Source: Mytilus californianus (taxonomy: Eukaryota). Taken from it: a DNA stretch of 64,000 nt. Within the stretch, counting starts at the first letter, position 1; each line of letters begins with the position of its first letter. The position numbers and the translations under genes are program-made. The notes below the pieces were generated by a model. That model searched no databases, was not told where the DNA came from, and saw only the letters and a list, made by a program, of their open reading frames with translations. The stretch lies in contig NW_026262637.1 in the NCBI RefSeq assembly GCF_021869535.1, positions 8,990,001 through 9,054,000 of the forward strand. Reading direction: 5' to 3'. Below are positions 1 through 13,400 of this stretch, in pieces.

Positions 1-139
1 ACCGCATGGCCTTGAACAATGAGCAAAACTCATACCACATAGAAAGCTATAAAAGGCATTGGAACTGTCAAATCATTAAACTGTCTTTAAAACATTTTGC
101 TGTTATTATTGTTTTAAACCAGATGCTTTCCATCTAGTT

Positions 140-3067
140 TTAAATCTTTTTAGAAGGCAGGTCAGAAAATTTAATGCTTTTTCTCAGTGGATCATATCCG
201 TCGTCGCTACGGGTATTAGTATTTGCACCACAGACCAATAGTATATCAACCACATAAACTGATGGAAATTTCATCAGAGAAACATCTCCTACTTTGGTTA
301 TATTGGGATCTACTGCTAAGTGTAATAATGTCTGATTATTTATTCCCCTTGGATCAATCTGAACCAAGTACGCAACTTGTTCTATAAAGTCTACACGCTC
401 AGTCACGCTACCACCTATAAACTGAAAAAGTCGAATTAAATGTAGTGTTAACTTCATTAGGCACTGCAAATGTCCTTGTTCAATAATGCTTAATGGACGT
501 ATGGTGAGAACACTTTTACCTCCCTCAATCTGACGAACAATCGTCTTGAAGACATCCAATACATCGGTCATCTGCACCTGAAATGATAAAAAGGCTAATC
601 AATAAAAACCATAAAAATGAAAGACTACCCTTTTAAATGATTTTCAGTTTGTTTTATTGTTGTATAGTTACACAACTTAATCAAGTCAGGGAATATGTTG
701 AGCACTCACAAACATGTCTAACCGAGCCACGTTCTTTGTATACCTGTCCCAGACAAGAGCCTGTTATACAGTTTTCCCTGTTGGTAATGTTGTTGTTTTT
801 CATTAAATATTGTAACCACCAATCTGTTCGTTAGTTTTCTCTTGTGATTGATTCGCATCTAGCATCTTAAAAGAGAGGCAGAAGAAACCAAAGGTATATT
901 CAGACTCATGAGTCGAAAATCAACTGACAACTAGCAAAAAACTAAAAACGACTAAAACACAAAAAAGAGTCTACAAAAGAGTCTACAAAAGACAACATAT
1001 AATACTTAAGACTAAGCAACACAAACCCCACAAAAGCAGGGGTGATCTCAGGTGCTCATTAAAGGTAAGCAGATTCTGCTCCACATGTGGCACCTGTCGT
1101 GTTGCAGATGTAAGTACAAACTTGGTGATGAGTCTAATTCGGCAGGTCACATTCAAGGAAATGAGCACGGGATTGTGGACTACAATTGGAACATATCCGT
1201 CGTCAAACAGATATTCAATAAAGGTCGTGATAGCGTCTCGAAGGAACGACTTCAACTTCACTGCTGGGAATCCTTGGTTTAATAGCTTTAAAAGCAACCC
1301 TCTATCAAGGAAATCATGAAAGGAAATGCAAGCCTTGGAATATCGTATCAATTGGAAGATATATACTCCATATGCAAGCGCTGCTGGACTTTTGCTACAT
1401 AGAATTAGAAAGTATCCAATTGTATTGTTGGAATCATCTCATTTGTCGTTAAGTTTTCTTCTCAATGGATCCTCATTGTCAATTTCATGTCTTTAACAGC
1501 TTAGTATACGGTATACGTTTTGTTCATTGTTGATAGCCTGGAGCGAAAGACATATTAGCGAAAAAATCTAAACATTTTTAAAACAGTGTTTTAACTGAAG
1601 CAAGTACATTTGTCATTTCGGGGCCTTTTATAGCTGACTATGCGATATGGGTTTTACTCATTGTTGAAAGCTGTACGATGACCTATAGTTGTTAATTTTT
1701 ATGTCATTTGTTTCTTGTTGAAGAGTTGTCTCATTGGCAATCATACCACATCAAATTTTTATATTTTAACTGAAGCAATAAATGTATTGGTTTATATTTC
1801 TAAAACTGTATCCATTCATAAAGATTACCCGTTCTTTCGTATTCTTGTTACCCCATTTTATCTCCATTTCACAAATCATGTCAACTAAACTTATTGCACT
1901 TTGGATTGTATCACCATTTAAAGGATCGTCTTGTTTGAATCTTAGCGTGTAAGCGTATTTCCATAGTTTCATACATTGCTGATAACAGCCATTAGCTAGA
2001 TACATAGCACCGCGAAAAATGATCTTTCCGATTGTTACAGGATGATTTTCACCATAAATCCGGGAATATTTCAGTAGTGCTTGCATGTAAAAGTCATTTG
2101 GATCAGTAAGTTGACGTAAAGTTTCGACTGACATAACTTCAACTGCACAATTCAAGTAACATACCGGTGTCACGTTCCTTACAGTATTGGTCATATTATT
2201 AGTCACAACAAAACGCAGCTTTAATGCTGTTTCCCACATTAAAACACACCGTGTGACGTCATCGTCTACCAAACAACAACCCAATAAATCAAATGCATAG
2301 CATTTGTCTTCGACTGAAAATGTATAAGTATCTAGAAAGTATTTTATAATAGTTGAACTGCCTCTCAGAGCAGCGATTTTAAGGGGTGTTTCTTGATAGT
2401 TTGTTTTGGCGGTCATTGATCCTCCATTCCGACATAATAACTTTACGGTTTCTAACTTATTAGCGTGTGCAGCATGATGTAAGGCCGTATATCCATCCAT
2501 ACTTGAAGCGTTAACACTTGCTCCTTTAGAAATAAGATATGCACATAGTTCCGTGTTAGCTACGGCTGCCATTAAACACGAATATCCCTGTATTGTAGTC
2601 TTCCTGATGTTTGCACCATGTTCTACGAGATATTCAACCATAGGCATATTTAGCGACCCACATGCCGATATTAATGGCGTCGACTGCACACTGGTCAGTC
2701 CATTAACGTCTGCTCCATGTTCAGTCAAAAGTTTGATTATATAAAGCCCATTTTCAAGACCTGTCGCACACCATAAAGACGGAGCTTCAATTCCATTTTC
2801 CCAGGTGGGTGCTTTAAAGAACCCATTTTGTTCAACATCGGGGTCACATTCGTCCAACAAATATTTCACAATATCTGCGTTACCCTTTATACATGCAAAA
2901 CATAATGCAGGCCTTCCATCGATTTTGAAAGTCACTATTGATTCCCGCTGACTTATTGTCAACATACATAATGTACTGATGATTTTGTTAGGTTTATCTT
3001 CATCAATACATGTGTGTATAATCCTGGCATACTTTTCTATTTCAGAATTACTGAGTTCAGCTGACAT
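140..3067 (-). CDS. fem-1: FEM-1-like ankyrin repeat protein, copy 1; exons 3067-1829 and 577-140 (558 aa)
   Basis: Ankyrin repeats (GADVN..STPLISAC, GASVN..GYTALHHAA, QETPLKIAA), TPR-like middle (FRGAMYLANGCYQQCMKLWKYA) and C-terminal QTLLHLA..LLVCGAN match FEM-1 architecture. Donor CGG|GTAATC at 1829/1828 and acceptor TTTCAG|GTG at 578/577 are both phase 0, so the ORF-track ends are intron read-through. Confidence 0.88.
983..1490 (-). mobile_element. Degraded Penelope-like element 3' fragment (RT thumb region) in fem-1 copy 1 intron
   Basis: Broken translation AYGVYIFQLIRYSKACISFHDFLDRGLL-KLLNQGF parallels YGVYISQLVRFARVC..KLLHQGF in the element at 59.5-59.9 kb; stops and frameshifts present. 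Confidence 0.7.
1617..1755 (-). repeat. Copy of the most abundant short interspersed repeat in the window (GATGTGGTATGATTGCCAATGAGACAACT... family)
   Basis: Same motif recurs at about 4930-5020, 16575-16650, 23610-23850, 24540-24740, 27820-27960, 49245-49435, 53360-53490 and 54660-54900 in both orientations. Confidence 0.8.
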
Positions 3068-3663
3068 ATTTAATATATATACCTTAGAAACGGTAGTTAA
3101 AACAGCTGATCAACACTTAACGATATTTACATCCCTGTCTGTAAAGTACCTTTAAATCGGTTCGGTAATCATAAAATCTAATTTTACCATTACCATTGAA
3201 GATGATGAGAAGTGTTTTTTTGAAATCATGCGTCGAACAAATAATTCAATATAATAGACTACATATCCTTATATCCTTTGGAAATTTTCAGTTTCGTTTC
3301 AGTTGATCCATATTGACAATTTAAATCTATCTACCTGTTCTAAATATTAATATAATTGACCTTGCCCGACGTTATTTATGTCAAATAAACTAAAGTAAAA
3401 TAGGTTATTAAAGTTAGAATATTTACACCTTTAATGAATTTGTGATGGAAAACCAACATATATTTCATTAAACGAACGACCATCGACCAAATCTCATGGC
3501 AGATTTTGTCACCCCTTGGTGGCAATAGTTTGTTTGTATTAGAACTTCTGAAAAACCGGTAAATATTGATGATAAAATACCAAATTGGCCTGCATGTTTT
3601 CAGAATGGCCGCACAGGAACTTGTTATTATTATTCTGATAATACAAAAAAGCCAACCGACATA

Positions 3664-3824
3664 AAGATAATTAGTTACATAGTGTGCTTGTGATCTAATA
3701 CGATATACATTGGGTCAGTTAATTTCTTATTGGGTCAGAGCGAAGCTCGAATCTCCATATGGAATTTACTGACCCCATATATATCGTATTAGGTCACTAA
3801 CACACTGTGTAACGAATTTATCTT
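3664..3824. mobile_element. Hairpin MITE-like element with about 60-bp imperfect terminal inverted repeats
   Basis: Left arm AAGATAATTAGTTACATAGTGTG...TTGGGTCAGTTAATT is the near reverse complement of right arm AATTTACTGACCCC...CACACTGTGTAACGAATTTATCTT. Confidence 0.7.
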
Positions 3825-4095
3825 ACCGAATATCTTAACATGTGGTCTTTAGACTAGTGGCTAATCAAAGTGATTAAGTCTTCGATACTTAATATTTAGT
3901 ATTAAGAACCTACTTCCATTGGTCTATACAATAATAAATGCCAACAATAACAACTTATTAGCTTTAAATGTGTTTTATGAATTTATTTCAATCGTTCATC
4001 ATCATTTCGTTGTCTGTTGAACCCTTTTAGGTTTTTCCTCAACACCGTGTTATTTTTAAAATGGGACGTTACACCACTACTAATAGTTATCAAAG

Positions 4096-4240
4096 GTACC
4101 AGGACTATAATGTAATACGCCAGACGCGCGTTTCGTCTACGTAAGACTCATCAGTGACGCTCAGATCAAAATAGTTACAAAGCCAATTAAGTACAAAAGT
4201 GAAGAGCATTGAGGACCCAAAATTCCAAAAAGTTGTGCCA
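4096..4240 (+). repeat. Interspersed repeat fragment; inverted related copy at about 15480-15600
   Basis: TACCAGG...CCAGACGCGCGTTTCGTCTAC...GACTCATCAGTGACGCTCAGATCAAAATAG has a reverse-complement relative at 15.5 kb. Confidence 0.6.
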
Positions 4241-6678
4241 ATACTAACCGTGTATTGAAATAAGCCCCGTCTACTTACCCCCATATGAAATATACACGGT
4301 CTCCTCACGGTTGCATGTAACCAATCATAGTCCTAGAGGTGTATAAGAGGTAAGAAAATCATTTTTATTTCCAATAAAGGATCCATTATGGGCAAAATCA
4401 GTACAGTGCTTAGTATATTACACATTTACATTACAGAAAATATAAATGAAAAACAGCTCAAACATGGGATATAATATAATAATGTGAGTTAATATAATCC
4501 ATATAAACTATAATGTTCAGTGTTCGTTGTCTATTAACCAGAAGCAGCATCATATATCCATTATGAAATAAGCTTGTATGAGTTAAATCCAGCTCGTGAT
4601 TGATGCATATCTACAAATAATTATAGAAGTCACCAAGGTAATGTGTACCTTGGAGTTTATTTGGATTACCCAACCGGCATACAGTTATTTAAAGATTCGC
4701 CGCATTATATATATATAGACTTAAGTCATCCGCCTTGTTTATATTACATCTCTGCTTGTGGATATTAATTTTCCTTGTTTATGAAATATATCTGGGAATG
4801 AAGATGAAAACCGGATAACAGGATTATCTGAAGTATTAAACATTACCATACACCATCAACAACGACTCATCCTAAAATAATATTGGTACACATACAAACA
4901 AACAATAGCGAACAACACAAATAAAAATAAGAAGATGTGGTATGATTGCCAATGAGACAACTCTCCACAAGAGACCAAATGACATAGAAGTTAACAACTA
5001 TAGGTCACCGTACGGCCTGACTTGTTAAAGGTACAGTTAAGATGAGATGAGATTCATCCAGATGATCAACGATGTAGTTATACCTATTGGACATAATAAA
5101 TCTATGAGAATAACAGTTTTCTGACGATATAAAAATATATTGTTGAATGCTGTTGGTTTAATTATTTTACTGGACATTCTCTTGTTTCTGCTTTCAGCTT
5201 TCTTCTCAATATAGATTTGTTTTTATCGCATCATGAAATACGTAATTAAAGATCTTTTATAATCTTTTCTAGTATTATGCTCTACTTTTAAATATAATTC
5301 AATGTTAATGTAATTGGCTGATTATAGTTATCAATTTTTTCATCTTAATGCCAAAGATTTGATTGGCAATAAAAGGCATTGAATGTTTGCAACAACTGAA
5401 GATCTCTTAGGTTTTTGTCTCGCCTACCGGAAAGTCGCAGTATGCGAGACGTATGTATTACTATCCGGCGGCGGCGTAAACTATTTGTATAAAGCTTTAT
5501 ATTTCAGAAGGAAGAAGACCTGGATGCTTCATATGTTGTATGCCGATTTCTTATGTTACGAAATTTCCGTCTGTCATATGTCCATTGTCATTGACCTTAT
5601 TTTCATGGTTCAGTGACTGCTTGAAAAACATTTTTTTTTTTGTCATGTGAATTTGTCACTTATTATAAGGAATAGGATAATTATATTTGGTATATGGGTT
5701 CCTTGCAACGTCTACATGTCCGCCAGACAGGGTTCATCTGACCTCGACCTCATTTCATAGATCAGTGATCAAGGTTAAAGTTACATGATTATGTCCGTTT
5801 CTCAAATGTTATAAGCAGTAGGTCAACTATATCTGTCCGTATGAAGTCCGATTTTTATGATTCTTTGTATCGTGTGTCTTGTCATTGTTAATAATTGCTG
5901 GGAGTATTTTTACAAACACATCGTAATTAGTAACATCTTGTTATTTTTTATGCACAAATGAAGAAATAAGAAAACATAAGATATTTATCATTTTATGTCC
6001 AAAATCATTTATAAAAATAAACACAATTGTGGGGAGCAGCGAAAAAGTTTTTATATAAAAGATTTTCAAAGTTTAGGCTTGTGTTGAAAATTAAGTACTT
6101 CATATTGTCCATTTGACTTCTATATATTTGCAGAAAAAAATTCTTAAAAATTCATTTTTTCAAATTATGTTTTCCTTGATGTTTGTTAATATATGATATA
6201 TACGAACTCTGACTATTAATTTTATAATTTTTGGTCTATAATTAAAAAAGTTTCCCATTAGGTCTCTATGTTAATTTTATTTTTTGAAGTGTAGATTACC
6301 TGATGGAGTAAGTATATATAGTGTAACAGCCATCCAATAAAAACAAAACCAACATACATGTGCTTTGAATGTTTGTTTATTTATACCTTTTGACTTTGTA
6401 TATTTAAATATAAAGAAGACCTTAACTGACCAGCAAACAAAATTAGATTTCATGTCATGTGATTGTTTTAAAAGTTCTATATATGATAGGAATCTCCATT
6501 GTCCATTTTCTATTTAGAAAATATTAGAAATAGTATAAACTAGTAAAACAGTACTTTATAGGCAACGGAATACCTTCATATGTTATGTTATTAGACATGA
6601 GTTTTGACAGGATTTGTTCACTTTTTATGTTTAAGTTTAGTACAAGGAAAAAAAAAATTTCTCACATCAAATTTATTT

Positions 6679-7260
6679 TTATGGCCATTCATAATCTTCA
6701 GTCTCATCTCCATCAGTATAATCATCTTTTTCACTCTCAGATTCAGAATCAGATTGAATGTGTATAACAACTTTTTGAATTTCCTCCTGGATTGCATCAT
6801 TTTGCCAATAGCTCGGTTCAATAATATTTTTTAACATGATCACAAGAGTTTAACCACTTAGCACTATCCTATCAATTTGTTCAAATCCTATTTGGAAGAG
6901 TGATTTATCATCATTAAGTTTAAATGTTGAATTTTCTTGACCAATAAATCCCTTCAAATAACCCCATACAAGTTCAATAGGGTTTAAATCACAATGGTAA
7001 AGGGGAAGTCTAAGTACTTCATGTCCTTTCTTTTTGAGGAATTCATCTACCTTATATACAGGTGCAATTTTCTTAGATTTAATCATTTGATATAACTTTG
7101 GTTTGGTAAATTGCTGTCAAATTCGATACCATTCTTATTTAAAAACAACCTTCATATCGTCTTTTCTCGAGTAAGAGGTTGGAGATTTCGTACTCTCAAC
7201 ACGGACACTGTAGTATGATGCATTGTCCATGAATACAATACTTTTTGGGGGCATTGATCA
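6679..7260 (-). pseudogene. IS630-Tc1-mariner (DDE_3) transposase C-terminal relic
   Basis: Minus-strand translation gives IVFMDNASYYS, then HEVLRLPLYHCDLNPIELVWGYLK, then after frameshifts HVKK/IIEPSYWQND and an acidic tail ending YEWP-stop at 6679; internal stops present. Confidence 0.8.
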
Positions 7261-8107
7261 TGTGAATGTCGAACATTCCAGGAAATCGGGGTTCTTAACT
7301 TACTAAGATTAATAAGTATTCTAATGTATATAATGATAAATTAACTAATGCATCTATAAAATTAACCCCTCTCCTTAAATTACACTTATTTTAAAACTTT
7401 AAATCATAACACAAAATTTACGAAACATTATAAAAGACAATGAAAATTCTATTTCGATATTAAGAAACATATAACATCTTTCCTTTTGATTATAATCCAA
7501 AATTAATAAGATCAATACAAACACTATATCCTTTAATCATGTCAGGTTATGATTTTCTGATCACACTGGACACACGCACGATTTTTCTAAAAGGGGGAAA
7601 TATATGTCAGGTAGATTGTATAAGGATGGAAAAGTAAAGGTCAAATCCGGAACAAAAAACAATTTAGATGATTTGCATTTGTATATGTTTGTATAAAAGT
7701 ATGTAATTAACTAACAATTATAAAGTAAAAATTATCTTTTAGACACCCTGTTCTTAAAGATATCAATATATCAGGGTACCTTGTTTGTGAAAGCTGTAGC
7801 AATAACGTAATTGTAACAGCTATAGACTTATAAATCAATTATCATTGTCAAAAAAAAAAAGAATAATAAGAATTATGGCATGTGAAATCTACAGATTGAT
7901 ATATAAGCTTTGATTGCATTTTCGTTTATCTATACAGAATTGATCTACAGATATACTAACCAACAAATGACGTGGATGTAAGTAGTAAGGTGACCTAAAT
8001 TTACGCGAATTTGAAATTTGACAGTTATTACGTTTGCGCGAACAAATGGTGTTACATTTGTGCAAATTTACCTGATACATTTTGTCTTTCCTGGAAAGGA
8101 ACATGCT

Positions 8108-8850
8108 AATTAAGAAGGGATATAGTTAGGATACTGTTGTCAGGTCATTAAAGATTGCATATTTTGGCGTTAATATTGATTCACTTATAGGGTCTTTGCA
8201 TCCGAACTAAACACATTTATTTAAAAACCAGTTGTTGGCATGACACGGGTTATGTTCTTCTCATATATGTTATGATGGTATGATACTAAACCCCTAACGG
8301 GAAGGATTGTGCCTGATATTCATATGATGAAGACATAATCTTTCAATCAGTTTAATTGAAGTCTGGAGCTGGCATGTCAGTTAACTGCTAGTAGTCTGTT
8401 GTTATTTATGTATTATTGTCATTTTGTTTATTTTCTTTGGTTACATCTTCTGACATCAGACTCGGACTTCTCTTGAACTGAATTTTAATGTGCGTATTGT
8501 TATGCGTTTACTTTTCTACATTGGCTAGAGGTATAGGGGGAGGGTTGAGATCTCATAAACATGTTTAACCCCGCCGCATTTTTGCGCCTGTCCCAAGTCA
8601 GGAGCCTCTAGCCTTTGTTAGTCTTGTATTATTTTTAATTTTAGTTTCTTGTGTACAATTTGGAGTTAAGTACGGCGTTCATTATCACTGAACTAGTATA
8701 TATATTTGTTTAGGGGCCAGATGAAGGAAGCCTCCGGGTGCGGGAATTTCTCGCTGCATTGAAGACCTGTTGGTGACCTTCTGCTGTTGTGTGTTCTATG
8801 GTCGGGTTGTTGTCTCTTTGACACATTCCCCATTTCCATTCTCAATTTTA
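8108..8850 (+). mobile_element. 5'-truncated 3' end of the Naiad-type Penelope-like element (last ORF codons plus 3' UTR)
   Basis: Near-identical to the reverse complement of 58856-59455; encodes LIKKGYS*DTVVRSLKIAYFGVNIDSLIGSLHPN-stop (TAA at 8208-8210), followed by the UTR. Confidence 0.9.
8261..8330 (+). promoter_or_regulatory. Candidate type II SECIS element (selenocysteine insertion sequence) in retroelement 3' UTR
   Basis: ATGA at 8272-8275; 11-bp helix II GGTATGATACT/AGGATTGTGCC; unpaired AAA at 8288-8290; apical mini-helix CCC-TAAC-GGG; TGAT at 8314-8317 completing the non-Watson-Crick quartet; helix I TCATATATG/CATATGATGA. Folded by eye. Confidence 0.8.
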
Positions 8851-10437
8851 AGTATAAACACTACATTATGGACACATTACACAGCATTTTACCTCAACAG
8901 GAATCAGATATAAGTCAGTCCTGTGATAAGACTCTGGGTCATTGTTGGTACCTTTTGTGCGTTTATTTGGAACAAGCGTCAACATTCTAGGCGGTATTGC
9001 ATACTAACTTGTGACGTCATTTTCAACTAAGTAGTTGGCAAATAGTTTGTGGCTTTCATACTCAGTAGCATTTTACATTAAATCATCTACAAAACTGACT
9101 TTAAAGAAGATCTGACAATCTCAAATTCAAGCCGTGTTTAAACCACTTTTCTATTTCAGTTGACGAATTTTTTATTATTTCTTTTAGAATATTTAATTAA
9201 TTCGCGCAAATATAGTAAACTTTCAACATGTAAATTTCGTGCAAGCATAATGCGTTTTGTCGCGCAAACGTAGAAAATTGTTCGAGCATATGTAAAAGGA
9301 ATGCACGCAAACATAACGCGCTATAGCAGTTATTATAGAAAATGTCACCATATGGCCCTTAACCATGTTAACAATGATGTAGATGTGTGCACTGATGATT
9401 CCCAAGTAATAAAGTTTGTTACTTTTGCATTTTGAGAGTTTGTATCAGTTAGTCTGTTGTTATTTATAGGTTCAGGTATATTCTGGTGTATATTTCACTT
9501 ATTATCTGTATCGATAACGTCAGATATGGCGCAACTGTGTCATGGTTGCTATTTCTTTACCGTTGGGTCCACATTCTAAGCGTGTTCCCGAAAGTGTACA
9601 GTTATGATTTCTTAACTGAAAGAATCGACATGCCCAGATTTGTTTAGTCACGATTATTAGAATAAGCATTTTGAGTCGAGGACTCCTATATTTTTCGTCT
9701 GCGATTGATTTTATGTTTTTATTCCTGCTAAGAAAATTTACTTACGGTAAATTATGAATAAATACCATAGCAAGGTCAAGTTCGTCAGTCTTTGCTTTGA
9801 TTACGTTTTGGCCTACAGCAAGGATCCCAGGGGCTCCTATATGTAAGAAGCAGCGCATTTAGCTGTATGTCTCGTATTTCTCTGATCTATTTTCATTGTA
9901 GAATTAAGGACATTCCCGTTTAATTCGTACAAAAGTACAAGAATATTATTTTAGTAGGTCTACCCCTTTTGTAAATCATATAGTTTTTAGAACACTGTAC
10001 ATATATGTATCAGCTGTTCCACATGTTTAATGAACGTATCATTTTTTACTATGGATTAATTATTCGCGCTACCAATCCAGAGAGAGATCAGACATCAGAA
10101 TTGACGGCCATATTTATTTGTCTCTCGTATAGTTACAAGTTTTATGAGTTTATTCGTATTCTGTGCTTTGGGGATAGAAAAGACTAGCAAGAAGCAGAAA
10201 TTAATGAGTAAACCCCATACTCCATAGAAAGCTGTAAAAGGCCTCAACATATCAAAATGAGAAGCAATTCAAATGAGAAAATAAGTGTCCTATTCTAACA
10301 TTCATTTACAAGATTGTATCATATAAAATAACAAAAAAATAATAAACAAATCAACAAAAATAAATTAAAAAATATTGAAATCATTTAACTGTTTTTCAAA
10401 CGTTTGACTGTAATATTCTGAAACAGATGTTTTCCAT

Positions 10438-13400
10438 CTAGTTTAAAACCTTTTCAGAAGGCAGGTCAGAAAATTTAATGCTTTTTATGAGTGGATCATA
10501 TCCGTCGTTGCTACGGGTATTAGTATTTGCACCACAGACCAAAAGTATATCTACCACATAAACTGATGGAAATTTCATCAGAGAAACATCTCCTACTTTA
10601 GATATATCGGGATCTACTGCTAAGTGTAGTAATGTCTGATTATTTATTCCTCTGGGATCAAGTTGAACCAAGTACGCAACTTGTTCTATGAAGTCTACAC
10701 GCTCATTCACGCTACCACCTATAAACTGGAAAAGTCGAATTAAATGCAGTGTTAACTTCATTAAGCACTGCAAATGTCTTTGTTCAATAATGCTTAACGG
10801 GTGTATCGTGAGAACACTTTTACCGCATTCAATCTGACGAACAATCAACTTGAAGACATCCAAAACATCGGTCATCTGCACCTGAAATAATAAATAGGCT
10901 AATCAATATAAAAAAAATTAAAAAGACTACCCTATTTAAATGTTTTTCCCTGTTTGGTTTGTTGTTCTTTCGTTACACACTTTCTCAGGTTAGGGACCAG
11001 TTTGAGCACTCACACACATGTTTAACTGAACCGCCGCACACGTTCTTTGTATGCCTGTCCCTTGCTTGATGTTTGCCTATTTTCTGTCATTGTTATTTTT
11101 TATTTATTATTTAAGGCCTTAATCTATTCGTTAATTTTCTCTTTTTATTTTGTCGCATCTGACATTTCACAATCCTTAACGAAAGGCGGAACATACCAAA
11201 GGGATTTTCAAACTCATAAGTCGAAAACAAACTAAAAACGACTAAAAGACAAACAACAATTCACAAAACAAAACATATAAAACTAGAGACTGACCAACAC
11301 AAACCCCATGAAACCAGGGGTGATCTCGTATTATCAGGAAGAATAAGTAGATCCTGCTCCACATATGGCACCCGTCGTGTAGTTTGATTTGATTTTTTTT
11401 TTTTGCACTTGCTAGTACAAACTTGTTTATAAGTCTAATTCGGTAGGGCACCTTCAAGGAAAAAAGCACATGATTGTTGTCTACAATTGGAACATATCTG
11501 GCGTCATCTGTGAAATAGATATTCCTTAACGGTCAAACAATCGGTGATAGTGTCCGTAAAATTCTCGAAGGAATAACTTCACTGCTGGGAATCTTTGCTT
11601 TAAACGCTTTCTTGTAAGAAGAAACCCTCAATCAAGGAAATCATGATAGGAATGCACTGGAATATCGTAATAATTATGCAGCTGAAATCTTGTCTTTTGA
11701 CGGAAATTGTTGATCTCAACCGACACTCATTGTCGATTTCACGTTTTAATTTGGCTACCCATAAACCAGGTTCAACCCACCATTTTTTTTTCTTAAAATA
11801 TCATGTACTAAGCCAGAAATATGGCAGTTGTTTTCAAATAGTCCGTTTCTATGTATGATGGCGTTTGTTTTTGTTGCAGCTCAGTGTTTCTGTTGTTTCG
11901 TTGTTTCCCTCTTATAGTTGGTGTGTTTACCTCGGATTTGGTTTGTGACCCGGATTTGTTTTCGCTTAATCGATTTATGACTATTGAACAGCAGTATACT
12001 ACTGTTGCATTTATTTAACAGCAAAATATACGACATGGGTTTTGTTCATAATGATTGTTGATAGCCGCGAGCAAAAGACATATTAGCGAAAACATCTAAA
12101 CATTTTAGCGCTGACATTAAAAACCATTTTTTGAATAGCTTTTTACTCAAGCAATAATTGTATTCGTCTGCATTTTTTAAACTGTATTTGTTTTAATAAA
12201 TTACCTGTTCTTTTGTTTTCTTGTTAATCCATTTGGTTTCTAATTTACAAATTATATTAACTAAACTTATCGCGCTTTGGATAGTGTCATCATTTAAAGG
12301 ATCGTCTTGTTTGAACCTAAGTGTGTAAGCGTATTTCCATAGTTCCACACACCGCTGATAACAGCCATTATCTCCATACAGAGCCCCACGGTAAATGATA
12401 TTTCCGATTGATACTGGATGATTTTCACCATAAATCCGGGAATATTTCAGTAGTGCTTGCATGTAAAGATCATTTGGTTCAGTTAGTACACGTAAAGATT
12501 CTACTGACGTAATTTCAACTGCATACTGAAAGTAAGATACAGGTGTCACCTTTTTTACGGTATTGGTCATGGTATTTTCAGCTTCAAAACGCAACCTTAA
12601 TGCTGTTTCCCACATTAAAACACACCGTGTGACGTCATCGTCTACTAAAAAACAACCCAATAAATCAAATGCATCGCATTTTTCTTCGAGTGGAAATTCA
12701 TAAGTATCTAGAAAATATTTCATAACCAACGAACTGCCTCTAAGAGCAGCGATTGTAAGGGGTGTTTCTTGATAGTTTGTTTTAGCGGTCATTGATCCTC
12801 CATTCCGACATAATAACTTAACGGTTTCTAATTTATGATCATGTGCAGCATGATGTAGGGCCGTATATCCATTCATACTTGAAGCGTTAACACTTGCTCC
12901 TTTAGAAATAAGATATGCACATAGTTCCGTGCTAGCTACGGCTGCCATTAAACCCGAATATCCTTTTTCTGTAGTCTTCCTGATGTTTGCACCATGCTCT
13001 ACGAGAAATTCGACTATAGGAATATTTAGCAATATACACGCCGATATCAATGGCGTCGAATCCGAATTGGTAGGTCCATTTACGTCTGCACCATATTCAG
13101 TCAGAAGTTTGATTATATCAAGCCCATTATCAAGACCAGTAGCACACCATAAAGGTGGAGCTTCAATATCGTTTTTCAAATTTCGGATTTTAAATAACCC
13201 TTTTTGTTCAACGTCAGGGTCACATTCGTCCAACAAATATTTCATAATATCTGCGTTACCCTTTAAGCATGCAAAATATAATGCAGGCCTTCCATCGATT
13301 TTGAAAGTCACTATTGATTTCCGCTGACTTATTGTCAACATACATAATGTACTGATGATTTTGTTAGGTTTATCTTCATCGATACATGTGTGTATAATCC

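Noticed and set aside
1766-1828. C-terminal VIFMNGY... tail of ORF 1766-3067 (and VIY of 12193-13443)
   Set aside because: Intron read-through beyond the conserved phase-0 donor present in both copies.
7889-8104. ORF 7889-8104 and related ORF 9223-9405
   Set aside because: They share a short GTAAATTT...CGCGCAAACGTA repeat and show no protein similarity; likely non-coding repeat remnants.
8712-8770. Hammerhead or HDV-like ribozyme in the retroelement 3' UTR
   Set aside because: CTGAAGGA/ATGAAGGA is not CUGANGA, there is no GAAA partner, and no catalytic C sits in an HDV J4/2 position; kept only as a generic structure.
9750-9860. Possible third exon of fem-1 copy 2 on the minus strand
   Set aside because: No pyrimidine-rich acceptor and no convincing ankyrin similarity in any frame.
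12929-13327. Plus-strand ORF, and similar antisense ORFs at 2553-2744, 17704-17916, 37484-37879, 40800-40988, 56917-57102 and 61258-61533
   Set aside because: Shadow frames opposite real coding sequence.
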